Part shown: piece by piece, positions 41,838-51,623 of the stretch | Numbering within the stretch: the first letter of the stretch is position 1 | Layout: the number at the start of each line of letters is the position of its first letter | Assembly (NCBI GenBank): GCA_043717145.1 | Contig: JAYSXR010000392.1 | Span: 712-64,711, forward strand | From: Chitinophagaceae bacterium | GTDB taxonomy: Bacteria > Bacteroidota > Bacteroidia > Chitinophagales > Chitinophagaceae | Direction: 5' to 3' | Length of the DNA stretch: 64,000 nt | Program-made: the position numbers and the translations under genes | Notes under the pieces: model-generated | Told to the model about the DNA's origin: nothing | Databases searched by the model: none | What the model saw: the letters and a program-made list of their open reading frames with translations, nothing else

Positions 41838-44312
41838 ATGAAACCTTACCTGTTATCCTTATTTTTACTTCTGTTCTTTTATGCAGGCGGAAGGCAGGTC
41901 ATTACAAAAAATAGTGGCCAGTTTTCAGGTTCAATCATTGCCAATCGAACCCATAAGTCATTATCCTCAGCTACCATCACTGTTATATCATCAGGGAAAA
42001 AATATATTTGTGACAATGATGGAAAATTTCGATTGCCGGAGCTGGTATCCGGCAAATATCTACTCAGGATCAGCAGTATGGGTTACAAGGACCTGGTAAA
42101 AGAAATTACTATTCCCGGATCAGGATATTTTGCGCTGGAAGAAGCGGAAGCAGAACTGGAACAAGTGGTGGTTACGGCAGTAGCGGGGGCTACCAAAATA
42201 AAAAGAACACCTATTTCCATTGCCATCGTATCACAAAAAGAGATGAATAAAAGTACCGGCACCAATGTGATAGATGCATTATTAAGAGCCGTGCCTGGTA
42301 TCAGTTCCATTACAACAGGTCCAAATATCAGTAAACCCTTTATCCGGGGCTTAGGTTATAACCGGGTGCTTACTTTATACGATGGTATAAGGCAGGAAGG
42401 ACAACAATGGGGCGATGAACACGGCATTGAAATAGACCAATACGGTGTGGCCCGCGCAGAAATTGTAAAAGGTCCGGCGAGTTTATTATACGGATCAGAT
42501 GCGATTGCCGGTGTGGTAAATCTGATACCCGGCTTGCCGGCAGAAACAGAGGGTCGTATCAACGGTGATGCATTAACGGAGTACCAGTGGAACAATGGAT
42601 TGATTGGTGCCACCGCAGCACTGCAGTACCACAAGGATGGCTTTTTGTGGAGCACAAGATCTTCCGTTAAAACCGCCACTAATTACCGGAATAGCGTTGA
42701 TGGATGGGTGTACAATACTGGTTTTAAAGAGACTAATTTCTCCGCCATGATGGGTTTGGAAGGGCCATCGGCTAAAAATTATTTACACGTAAACCTATAT
42801 GACAATCTTCAGGAAATACCTGATGGAAGCAGGGACTCAATAACAAGAGCATTCACCTTTCAAACAAATGAAACCGGCGTGGATGATATACGTGACAGGC
42901 ACGTGGTAGCGGCTGATCGGTTACATACTTACCAGACATCGCCATTGCATCAACATATACAACATTACCGTGTGTATCATAAAGGTTACTATACACTTGG
43001 CAATGGAGAACTCAGTACTATTATAGGCTTTCAACAAAATATACGAAGGGAATATAACCATCCAACTGCACCAGCACAGGCTGGCCTGAATGTTCGTTTG
43101 AATACCTTAAACTACGAAATAAAATATAGTTTGCCCGAATGGCAGGGCATACACTTTACCTATGGCATTAACGGTATGTACCAGGAAAATAAAAACAAAG
43201 ATGCCACTGATTTTCCAATACCGGATTATCAACTGTTTGATATAGGCACTTACCTGCTGGCCAAAAAGGAATTTGGAAAATTCGTGATCAGTGGAGGGCT
43301 GCGTTTAGATAACCGCAACATCAATTGGAAAAATTTTTTCACCAGGAAAGAAGGCACCGGCGGGTTCACCAGGCAGGTTCATTTACCTGATACCGCTTCC
43401 GCTACTTTAGCTTTTCCTTCTTACAAACAACAATTTAGTGGTCTATCAGCCAGCATTGGACTGGTGTATACGGCCTCCAATACCATTACCTTTAAAGCCA
43501 ATATAGCAAAAGGTTACAGAAGCCCTTCTATCCCAGAGATCGGTTCTGATGGACTTGATCCCGGGGCAAGGATCTATTATAAAGGTAACAGGGATTTCAA
43601 TCCTGAATTCAACTGGCAAACGGATATGGGCATCTTTATGACTTATCCGGATGTGGATGTTACACTGGAACTATTCAACAATAATATCGCTAATTATATT
43701 TTCTTTCAAAAACTTTTCGATGCGAATGGCCAACCCCTGGAAATAGTTCCCGGCAATTTTACGTACCAATATAAACAGGGAAGTGCCCGTTTGTTTGGTG
43801 CTGAAGCAGCATGGATATTGCATCCAAAAACTATTTCCTGGCTTAACTTACAACAGAATATATCCACCATTACCGGAATCAATACCGACAGGGAATCTTT
43901 AAAAATATTGGGCAATGATGCTAAATACCTCCCATTGATACCTCCGTTCAAAACAGTAAGCCGGCTGCGCATCAGCCTGCCGCAAAAAAGTGTGGCGATA
44001 ACAGATTGCTTCCTTCAAACAGAAGTAGAAACAAATGCGGCACAAAATAATTTTTACGCAGTTGACAATACAGAAACAAAAACAAATGGTTATGTATTGA
44101 TTAATGCCGGAGCAGGTTTCAGCATCAATACTCAAAAAGATAAAACGGCATGCAGGTTAGTTTTCAATGTAAATAACCTGTTCGATGTCGCGTATCAATC
44201 GCATCAAAATCGTTTGAAATATTTCGAATATTTTCAAACCGTACCTAACGGTCGTTCGGGCATTTATAATATGGGAAGAAATATTGCAGTCAAAGTTATT
44301 TTTAACTGGTAA
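41838..44312 (+). CDS. TonB-dependent receptor (probable metal uptake)
   Basis: Plug ISKPFIRG, RQEGQQWGDEHG, KGPASLLYGSDA, LHQHIQH; C-terminal beta-strand ending in W. Confidence 0.92.
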   Translation: MKPYLLSLFLLLFFYAGGRQVITKNSGQFSGSIIANRTHKSLSSATITVISSGKKYICDNDGKFRLPELVSGKYLLRISSMGYKDLVKEITIPGSGYFALEEAEAELEQVVVTAVAGATKIKRTPISIAIVSQKEMNKSTGTNVIDALLRAVPGISSITTGPNISKPFIRGLGYNRVLTLYDGIRQEGQQWGDEHGIEIDQYGVARAEIVKGPASLLYGSDAIAGVVNLIPGLPAETEGRINGDALTEYQWNNGLIGATAALQYHKDGFLWSTRSSVKTATNYRNSVDGWVYNTGFKETNFSAMMGLEGPSAKNYLHVNLYDNLQEIPDGSRDSITRAFTFQTNETGVDDIRDRHVVAADRLHTYQTSPLHQHIQHYRVYHKGYYTLGNGELSTIIGFQQNIRREYNHPTAPAQAGLNVRLNTLNYEIKYSLPEWQGIHFTYGINGMYQENKNKDATDFPIPDYQLFDIGTYLLAKKEFGKFVISGGLRLDNRNINWKNFFTRKEGTGGFTRQVHLPDTASATLAFPSYKQQFSGLSASIGLVYTASNTITFKANIAKGYRSPSIPEIGSDGLDPGARIYYKGNRDFNPEFNWQTDMGIFMTYPDVDVTLELFNNNIANYIFFQKLFDANGQPLEIVPGNFTYQYKQGSARLFGAEAAWILHPKTISWLNLQQNISTITGINTDRESLKILGNDAKYLPLIPPFKTVSRLRISLPQKSVAITDCFLQTEVETNAAQNNFYAVDNTETKTNGYVLINAGAGFSINTQKDKTACRLVFNVNNLFDVAYQSHQNRLKYFEYFQTVPNGRSGIYNMGRNIAVKVIFNW

Positions 44313-44317
44313 AATGA

Positions 44318-44380
44318 TTTTGGAGTTGGAAAACGACTGTGCTATTCTATACTTGTCGAATTTTCCAATTCCAAAATTTC
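44318..44380. terminator. Hairpin between convergent TBDR genes (probable bidirectional terminator)
   Basis: ttttggagttggaaaa-cgac ... gtcg-aa-ttttccaattccaaaa. Confidence 0.6.
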
Positions 44381-44395
44381 CGGGCTATAATCGGA

Positions 44396-46897
44396 TCAGG
44401 ATGCTTTTTTAAGATTATAGTTTAGTGGAAAATCCAGTTTAAAAGCAAAATTACTTCCCATATTATAAATACCATTACGGCCTGTAAAATTACCGGGATA
44501 ATTTTCAAAGTATTTTAACCGGTTAAGGTGGTCCTGGTATCCGGTATTAAATAAATTATTACCCATGATATACAGGCTCACAATAGTTTTACCTTTTTTA
44601 TTTACAAAACTCCCGCCCATACCGGCATTAACCAATGTATAGCCGGGTGTAGCTGTTTCGGTTCCATATACAGAATATACCCGGTTCTGTGCTGCATAAT
44701 ATTCAACCTGGGCTTTTATAAATCCGTGATTAATATTGGCAGATTTGATATCAAAATCCAGTCGCAATTCAGAAGTGCCATGCAGTGGTGGAATAAAAGG
44801 GAGGTACCTATTGCTATCGGTTATCTTGGCAATACCTATGCTTTTATTATTTCCAGACACAATGGATAAACTATTTTCAAAATGCAGCGTTTTTACAGGA
44901 TGCAGATCAATGCTTAATTCCCCGCCGTATAAATTGGCTTTCCCTGATTGAAATTTAAATGTTTCATTACCCGCAACAATTACTGAATCATGGCCGTTTA
45001 CACCCGCCAGTTTCTGATTATAGATATAATTATTGATAACGTTATTGAACAGGTTCAATTGTATCACTGCATATTTTGAAGAAAAAACAAAACCAATATC
45101 TTCCTGCAGGCTGAACTCAGGTTTAAAATTATCATTGCCTATCTGGTAAATATTAGTGCCCGGATGCACCCCATTTGCAGATATTTCAGAAATATTAGGT
45201 GCCCTGAACCCCCTGGCCAGATTCGCTTTTACAGAAACTTTATCTGAGAAATTATAGGTAGCGCCAATGCTTCCTGTGAACCCCAAAAAAGTTTTCCTGT
45301 ATGTTGAAAAAATCTTATCTGCACCTACCCTGTTGATGCCATATACAGGCATATCAAAACCGGTAAGCGGATTGGGCGCAGTGTACATCTCATCATTATT
45401 AAAAGAGCGGATATCATATCTTAATCCCCCTGATATATCCAGTTTATCAAGGCTTTTTTTAACAATGAAAAAAGATCCGATATCAAATTGTTTGTAGGAG
45501 GGAATAATAAAATCGGTTCCGTTGGTAGACGTATTTTGCTGGTACATGCCGTTTACACCCACACTCGTGTTCCAATTGTTTTTTTCAGGAAAATGATATT
45601 TGATATCATAAGTAAGGGAATTCAGTTGCAAGTATAAACCGGGTACATTGTACATAACAGGGTGACTAAATTCGCGCCGTATACTTTTTTGATAGCCAAG
45701 GTTTACATCTAACCTCCCATTACCTAAAATGAAATTGTTATTCCAGAATACCCGGTAATGCTGTACATGCTGATGCAGTTTTGCAATAGTATAGCTATTT
45801 AATTCGGCATCGGAAACAATTGGCCGTATGCTATCTGCTTCTGTGATCTGTTTGGTAAAACGTCTGCTGGCACTGTCACGGCGGCCATCCGGTATCTCCT
45901 GCAAATCATCATATAAAACAAAATTCACGTGCGAGTAACCCCATTTGCGGTGTATACCAATGGATGCACTGGCATCGGTTTCATTAAAAGCCGAACCATA
46001 TACCCGCCCATCATATTTGTTCTGGTAATTCGTTGCCTGTTTATGAGATAAGCGGGTCATCCATTCAATACCATTTTTATTGGCACCTAACATAAATGAG
46101 CCACCAAAATATTTATTATTGGTTTGATGTTCTACTGTTACATCTCCAATCATTTTTCCTTCTGCCGCCGTTTGTACGGGAATTAAATTCACTACACCAG
46201 CCAATGCATCAGACCCATAACTAAGGCTCGCCGGCCCTTTTATGATCTCTACTTTATCAATACTGTATTGGTCAACTTCAATACCATGTTCATCTCCCCA
46301 TTGCTGTCCTTCCTGCCGTACACCATCAAATAGGGTCAGTATCCGGTTAAAACCTAACCCGCGAATAACCGGTTTGGAAACATTGGGGCCTGTTGTTACA
46401 GCCCGAACACCTGGAATTTTCGCAATACCGTCAATTGCATTTGTATTAAGGTTGGTTACCAAATAATCATGGTTTACAGAAACGATGGGCACAGGGTTTC
46501 GTTTTATCTGGGTGGCTTTTGAACTACCAGTAACAACTACTTCGCTTATTTCAATAGCGCTTTCTTCCAAACTAAAATTCGCTTCAATATCGCCGTTCAA
46601 AACAATGTTTTTAGTAATGCTTTTAAAGCCCTCAAATTTTATCTCAATCAAAAAAGTACCCGCAGGTAAATTTTTTATATTAAATCTGCCCAAAGTATCT
46701 GTTGCTACACCCAGCTTGAGATCGGGTATTAAAATGGTTGCCCCTTTTAAAGGTGTTTTTCCTTTTGATTCGGTTACCACACCGGTAATAGAGGATTTAC
46801 CGGGGTCGGTTTCTATTGTTACGGATGAAGCAAATATAAATTGGTCAGTGCCCGATAATAGCAACAGTAAACAAAGAAAAAGTATTGATCTTTTCAT
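44396..46897 (-). CDS. TonB-dependent receptor, paralog of 41838..44312
   Basis: VSKPVIRG, RQEGQQWGDEHG, KGPASLSYGSDA, LHQHVQH, NRLKYFE. Confidence 0.92.
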   Translation of the reverse strand: MKRSILFLCLLLLLSGTDQFIFASSVTIETDPGKSSITGVVTESKGKTPLKGATILIPDLKLGVATDTLGRFNIKNLPAGTFLIEIKFEGFKSITKNIVLNGDIEANFSLEESAIEISEVVVTGSSKATQIKRNPVPIVSVNHDYLVTNLNTNAIDGIAKIPGVRAVTTGPNVSKPVIRGLGFNRILTLFDGVRQEGQQWGDEHGIEVDQYSIDKVEIIKGPASLSYGSDALAGVVNLIPVQTAAEGKMIGDVTVEHQTNNKYFGGSFMLGANKNGIEWMTRLSHKQATNYQNKYDGRVYGSAFNETDASASIGIHRKWGYSHVNFVLYDDLQEIPDGRRDSASRRFTKQITEADSIRPIVSDAELNSYTIAKLHQHVQHYRVFWNNNFILGNGRLDVNLGYQKSIRREFSHPVMYNVPGLYLQLNSLTYDIKYHFPEKNNWNTSVGVNGMYQQNTSTNGTDFIIPSYKQFDIGSFFIVKKSLDKLDISGGLRYDIRSFNNDEMYTAPNPLTGFDMPVYGINRVGADKIFSTYRKTFLGFTGSIGATYNFSDKVSVKANLARGFRAPNISEISANGVHPGTNIYQIGNDNFKPEFSLQEDIGFVFSSKYAVIQLNLFNNVINNYIYNQKLAGVNGHDSVIVAGNETFKFQSGKANLYGGELSIDLHPVKTLHFENSLSIVSGNNKSIGIAKITDSNRYLPFIPPLHGTSELRLDFDIKSANINHGFIKAQVEYYAAQNRVYSVYGTETATPGYTLVNAGMGGSFVNKKGKTIVSLYIMGNNLFNTGYQDHLNRLKYFENYPGNFTGRNGIYNMGSNFAFKLDFPLNYNLKKAS

Positions 46898-47029
46898 GAT
46901 GATATAATTTGAGGTTTCGCTGGTTCATGAGTGACCATTATCTTAAAAAACACAATTATCATTCCACATGATTGTAAAATAGACTTGAACACTTACCAGT
47001 TTCGCATAGGCAGGAAGCCGGCAATACAT

Positions 47030-47401
47030 TTACGCAGGACTAACCGGCGGGCCACGAAGCCCAAAAAAAATAAGATCAGAAGTGTAATCAAGGTGAACAT
47101 ACCTGTTCAGGTAAATGGCAAAGGGTGTACGGCATGAAATACCGGGCGATGGATTTATTGATATGAAAGGCGATTCTGTAATCGGATTATCACATTGGCA
47201 GTTAAAGCTTGTTTTGGTAAGATTGGTCGTATTGGCATCGGTCAATGATGCGTTTGCCCTTCCATCTTTGTGATTGGCAACAAGGTTGTGCAGTATTCTT
47301 TTAGGCGTAATAGTAAACGCAAACAGCACCAGGAAAAAACCTGCTAGTGCACTTCGTATGGTAGATGATATTGACAGAAATATTTTGTTACGTTGTTGCA
47401 A
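47030..47401 (-). CDS. Small upstream-ORF protein with TM segment, His/Cys residues and C-terminal RGPP (DUF2946/CruR-like leader); start uncertain
   Basis: ALAGFFLVLFAFTI, LHNLVANH, CQCD, LRGPPVSPA*. TTG start overlaps the TACATTTG -7 box (47399-47406), so the real start may be CTG 47377 or another near-cognate codon. Confidence 0.7.
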   Translation of the reverse strand: MQQRNKIFLSISSTIRSALAGFFLVLFAFTITPKRILHNLVANHKDGRANASLTDANTTNLTKTSFNCQCDNPITESPFISINPSPGISCRTPFAIYLNRYVHLDYTSDLIFFGLRGPPVSPA

Positions 47402-47583
47402 ATGTAACAGGTTTTGTCAAATCAGTTCCAAATGGAAAAAATTTTGAGGTTTTTTTATGACGAATTGTGTAGTGGGCAGTAAGCAGGATTAACCTCAAAA
47501 CCACACAAATAGTAATATTTAAAAGGAACAGACCTCAAACCTACAAGATGAAGAAAAATATTCATCACTCATCATTCATGATA

Positions 47584-49158
47584 TCATTGCTTAACTTTTA
47601 TCATCGCCCGCACCTGTTGGGTAGCCATATTTTGTAACCTGGCATAATAAACACCGGCAGGAAGAGAGCTGCCATCTAAAACAACCGTGTATTTGCCTGC
47701 CGTGTATTCTTTATCGGTAAGATTGGCGATAACCTTGCCCATGGTATCCATGATCTGGATAAGGGTATGGCCACCGGCAGTAGTAAACGTAATTACGGTA
47801 GAACTGGTAAACGGGTTGGGATAATTACTGATTAATGTATCGCCTGAAAGGTTTACCGGTTTTTTACAACCTGACATATTCACCAATGGCAGAACCTGAA
47901 AGTTTTTCAACATGATTTGCTGCAGGTTGAGGTCGTTTACACAGAGCCAATTCGAAAGTATGGTCGCATAAACGCTCCTGAAATCATATTGAAATGGGAT
48001 ATTATCATTTACCGTTGCACTCGCAGGGATAATAGGTGTATCACCCAATACCCCACCCAGCACATTTTTGCCAAAAACAAAAAGCGGTGCCGCGGCACCA
48101 TGGTCGGTACCTGTGCTGCCATTACTTTTAATACGTCGGCCGAATTCAGAAAAAGTCATACCCACCACTCGGTCATCAACACCTAAAAATTTCAAGTCAT
48201 CCTGAAATGCTTTGATGGCATCACTTACATTTTTCAGCAGGTTAGCATGTGTACCGATAGTTGTATCGTTACTGTTTACCTGAACCGAGTGCGTATCGAA
48301 TCCGCCATAGTTCACCATGTAGATTCTTGTCTTTAATCCACCACTGATCAACCGTGCCACGATTTTCAGTTGATCACCCAAGGAATTATTAATCGGGTAA
48401 CTCACCTGCTGAACTGTTTTGGTAGCTGCACTTTTAATTACCGTTGCATATTGCTGTGTTTGCTGCGCTACCAAACGGATAAATTTCAATTCTTTACCGG
48501 CGGGCGTATCGGGCGCAGGATCCTGGATACCATTGACCAGGTTATAAAAATTACTCGTGTTACTAATACTCATTCCCATACTTACCGCAGGCCCCTGCAA
48601 GGTTAAAGAAGTGGCCGATCCTATTTGTATGGCTAATGGGTCGGGCATGGATGTATTTGGATACCCGTTTGGAAAATTGGGATATTCATAATTCAGGTAA
48701 CGGCCTGCCCACCCGCTGTTGACAACCGTATTGCTGTCACCGGCACTCATCCAAATATCTGTAGCCCTGAAGTGAGAAAAACTGGGTTGCGGATAACCTA
48801 CCGATTGTACCACTTTTAACTGGCCATTATTATACATCGCTCCCAAACCTGTCATGGCTGGATGTAGACCTACTTTTCCATCCAACTTCAGAACCTTGTC
48901 TTCGGGGATATAAATATTAGGTCGCGCATTTACATAACTGTTGAAATTCTCTATCGGCACTACCATATTTAATCCATCATTGCCGCCGTTAAGTTGAATG
49001 ATCACAAATACATGGTCCGTTTCTGTTACCGGCAGCAATAAAGATTGCATGATGGATGAATCGGCACTAAATGCCCTGAACGAAAAGCCGCTTACCAAAG
49101 AAGGCAGTAAAACACCGGCTGGTAAAGATTTGCGTAAAAAATCTCTTCTTTTCATCAT
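47584..49158 (-). CDS. DUF1501 family protein with Tat-like signal and T9SS C-terminal sorting domain
   Basis: MKRRDFL, QLNGGNDGLN, SHFRATDIW, GGFDTH, SEFGR, GTDHG; CTD NYPNPF...LPAGVYY...MIKVK. Confidence 0.87.
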   Translation of the reverse strand: MMKRRDFLRKSLPAGVLLPSLVSGFSFRAFSADSSIMQSLLLPVTETDHVFVIIQLNGGNDGLNMVVPIENFNSYVNARPNIYIPEDKVLKLDGKVGLHPAMTGLGAMYNNGQLKVVQSVGYPQPSFSHFRATDIWMSAGDSNTVVNSGWAGRYLNYEYPNFPNGYPNTSMPDPLAIQIGSATSLTLQGPAVSMGMSISNTSNFYNLVNGIQDPAPDTPAGKELKFIRLVAQQTQQYATVIKSAATKTVQQVSYPINNSLGDQLKIVARLISGGLKTRIYMVNYGGFDTHSVQVNSNDTTIGTHANLLKNVSDAIKAFQDDLKFLGVDDRVVGMTFSEFGRRIKSNGSTGTDHGAAAPLFVFGKNVLGGVLGDTPIIPASATVNDNIPFQYDFRSVYATILSNWLCVNDLNLQQIMLKNFQVLPLVNMSGCKKPVNLSGDTLISNYPNPFTSSTVITFTTAGGHTLIQIMDTMGKVIANLTDKEYTAGKYTVVLDGSSLPAGVYYARLQNMATQQVRAMIKVKQ

Positions 49159-49166
49159 TCAGTTAT

Positions 49167-50840
49167 TTAAGCTAATTGGTATTCAGAAAGGTCCATCAGG
49201 TATTTGATCAGGTCGCGCAAACGGTTTTTTACAGTAGTTGTATTCGATGCATTACCAGGGTTGGAAACATAAAGGCTCCATGCATCTGTCCAATAAAAAT
49301 CAGTTGACTGGCCGCCTAATAAAATATCTGTCTTCAATTGATTTTTAGAAGCCGTAGAGATATCTATCCGGAATATCCTGTTCACCATATCGTCGATCAG
49401 TTTATTGGGATCGCCGGGATTGGATAAAGTGGCTGTAAATGCTGCCGCATCAATCTGTATTTTTTTCCCATTGAATGTATAACCGTTAACGATCATTATA
49501 TCTGTAAACTGGTTTCGCTTGGGAAGTGTATCGCTGTTGATCCATATCTCATAGAACTGTGGTGCCTGGTAGTAGGCTTTCCATCCGCTTACATCAGGCG
49601 GGTCACCGATATTCTGCTGCATATTTGATACCCAGCTTACCAGGTAATTGTACATGCCGTAATTGGTTACATAATCAGTAGCCGGTTGAAAAGCAAGATC
49701 AAATTCCCTGCAAAGGCTTACCACCAGGTCAATCGGGCTTTTTATCTGGCAACCCTTTGCCAGTACATCAAAAAAATGTTCGCTCTTTAAAAGTGTATCC
49801 AATACCGGTTTGACCTCATAATTATTAGCCTGGAGCAGATTCGCCAATGGAGTGATAATATTGGCTTCCACAATACTGTCAATATCATAATACACAAACC
49901 AACGGTATAACCGCCTGCAGATATATTTGGCCACTTCCTCAGTAGCAAAGATCATATTGACCAATGCGTCAAGCTCTTCTTCACCCCCAGAAGCACTGTT
50001 CTTGCCCTGTATGACAGTATTATTATAGAAAGCAGAAAACTGTTTATTGGTGATGTCATGTCGTTTAATATCAAATGAAGAGGAAATATTCGCAGCATCA
50101 TTTTTCCATCCAGTTAAAACCTGGGCCGCTGCTTTTACGTCGGCCTCCGTATACAAAGAGTTGGGGCCTTTGCCACAGCAAAATAATTCCTGCAGCTCCC
50201 TTCCATAATTTTCATCGGGTGCTTTATTGGTATTATACTGTCCATTTAGATAGACCAGCATGCCCGGATCAATCGTAATTGCTTTTGTAAGTGCTTTGAA
50301 ATTTCCCAACGCATACACCCTTAGTAAAGAATGATGCTTAAAAACAAACTGCGCATTACCAATATCATTGGTTTCTGTTGAGAAATGATTATGCCAGAAA
50401 AAAGTCATTTTTTCGCGGATACTCCTGTCCTGGTTTATCATAACCCCCATCCACCATTTTTTAAAAGAAGCCCTTCGCAAACTATTCACCGTTCCATCGG
50501 TATTAGGATCAAGTGCCCAGATTGAACCTGGGGTAATAGTAGGATCAGGAGTAGTTGCATTCGCCGGCGTGGCATATTCTTTAACGGGTGGGTCTGGAAG
50601 TGGTGCTATCGGATTTAATAGTTCATCAACTGATTGTAAAAATGTTTTTGTTTTGAAGTAATTCACGTCAGATCGTTTGGCCCCAAACATGGTCCGTTTT
50701 AAAAGATGTGTCACTTCATTTTCTGTCCATGCCCCCGAGTAAACAGCCAATCCCCCGGAAGGAGGGGGTGCCGCTACCATTTCACCGATTTGCGGTGTAA
50801 AAGATGGGATATGGGATGATAAAAGTGCTTGTTTATCCAT
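49167..50840 (-). CDS. DUF1800 family protein
   Basis: HLLKRTMFG, EKMTFFWHNHF, ENYGRELQELF, PPDVSGW, EYQLA; start ATG 50840. Confidence 0.87.
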   Translation of the reverse strand: MDKQALLSSHIPSFTPQIGEMVAAPPPSGGLAVYSGAWTENEVTHLLKRTMFGAKRSDVNYFKTKTFLQSVDELLNPIAPLPDPPVKEYATPANATTPDPTITPGSIWALDPNTDGTVNSLRRASFKKWWMGVMINQDRSIREKMTFFWHNHFSTETNDIGNAQFVFKHHSLLRVYALGNFKALTKAITIDPGMLVYLNGQYNTNKAPDENYGRELQELFCCGKGPNSLYTEADVKAAAQVLTGWKNDAANISSSFDIKRHDITNKQFSAFYNNTVIQGKNSASGGEEELDALVNMIFATEEVAKYICRRLYRWFVYYDIDSIVEANIITPLANLLQANNYEVKPVLDTLLKSEHFFDVLAKGCQIKSPIDLVVSLCREFDLAFQPATDYVTNYGMYNYLVSWVSNMQQNIGDPPDVSGWKAYYQAPQFYEIWINSDTLPKRNQFTDIMIVNGYTFNGKKIQIDAAAFTATLSNPGDPNKLIDDMVNRIFRIDISTASKNQLKTDILLGGQSTDFYWTDAWSLYVSNPGNASNTTTVKNRLRDLIKYLMDLSEYQLA

Positions 50841-51016
50841 AATACTGAATTGCAGGTTAAGATAGGATACTTTTCCGGTAGCCAATGTTGCCTAAGGTTT
50901 AACTTTTTCTTGTACAGCGGGGTTTTAACCAAAAATTAAACCGGCTTCTTCCGATGCAATGCAGCATTCAAACGGGAATAATGTCATATATTTAGGATAA
51001 TCATTTTTATCCCCTC

Positions 51017-51598
51017 ATGACGGAACAAGCCATTATTACAGGCTGTTTACACAACGACGCAGCAGCACAGCGCGAATTGTACAACCGCTATAGCCCCAAA
51101 ATGCTTAGCGTGTGCTACCGTTTCGGGCAGAGTCGAGAAGATGCTGAAGATATGTTGCAGGAGGGATTCATAAAAGTTTTTACCCAAATACATACGTTTC
51201 AGAATAAAGGTGCATTTGAAGGATGGATTCGGCGGATAGTGGTGCATACCTGTATCAACTTTTTGAAGAAGTATAAAAAATTCAACGAAAATGTTGATCT
51301 GGCCTATGCCAATTATTTACCGGTTAAGGAAGAAACCGTTCCTTCCATCATGCAGGCACGGCAGATCATTGAGTGCATTAGGTTATTACCCTTAGGCTAC
51401 AGGACCGTATTAAACCTGTATGCGCTGGAAGGGTATAGTCATAGAGAGATTGGTGAAATGCTGGACATTGAAGAAAGTACCAGTCGCAGCCAATACACCC
51501 GGTCAAAAGCCATGCTCGAAACAATCCTGATCAGGAAGAAGATTATCGAGAAACCAAAAGAGGAATTCAATTGGTTGGCCGCGTTAAAGAACAAGTAG
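51017..51598 (+). CDS. ECF RNA polymerase sigma factor
   Basis: AEDMLQEGFIKVF, FEGWIRRI, EGYSHREI, STSRSQ. Confidence 0.93.
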   Translation: MTEQAIITGCLHNDAAAQRELYNRYSPKMLSVCYRFGQSREDAEDMLQEGFIKVFTQIHTFQNKGAFEGWIRRIVVHTCINFLKKYKKFNENVDLAYANYLPVKEETVPSIMQARQIIECIRLLPLGYRTVLNLYALEGYSHREIGEMLDIEESTSRSQYTRSKAMLETILIRKKIIEKPKEEFNWLAALKNK

Positions 51599-51623
51599 AA
51601 GTAGTGTTTGATGTTTGCATATT

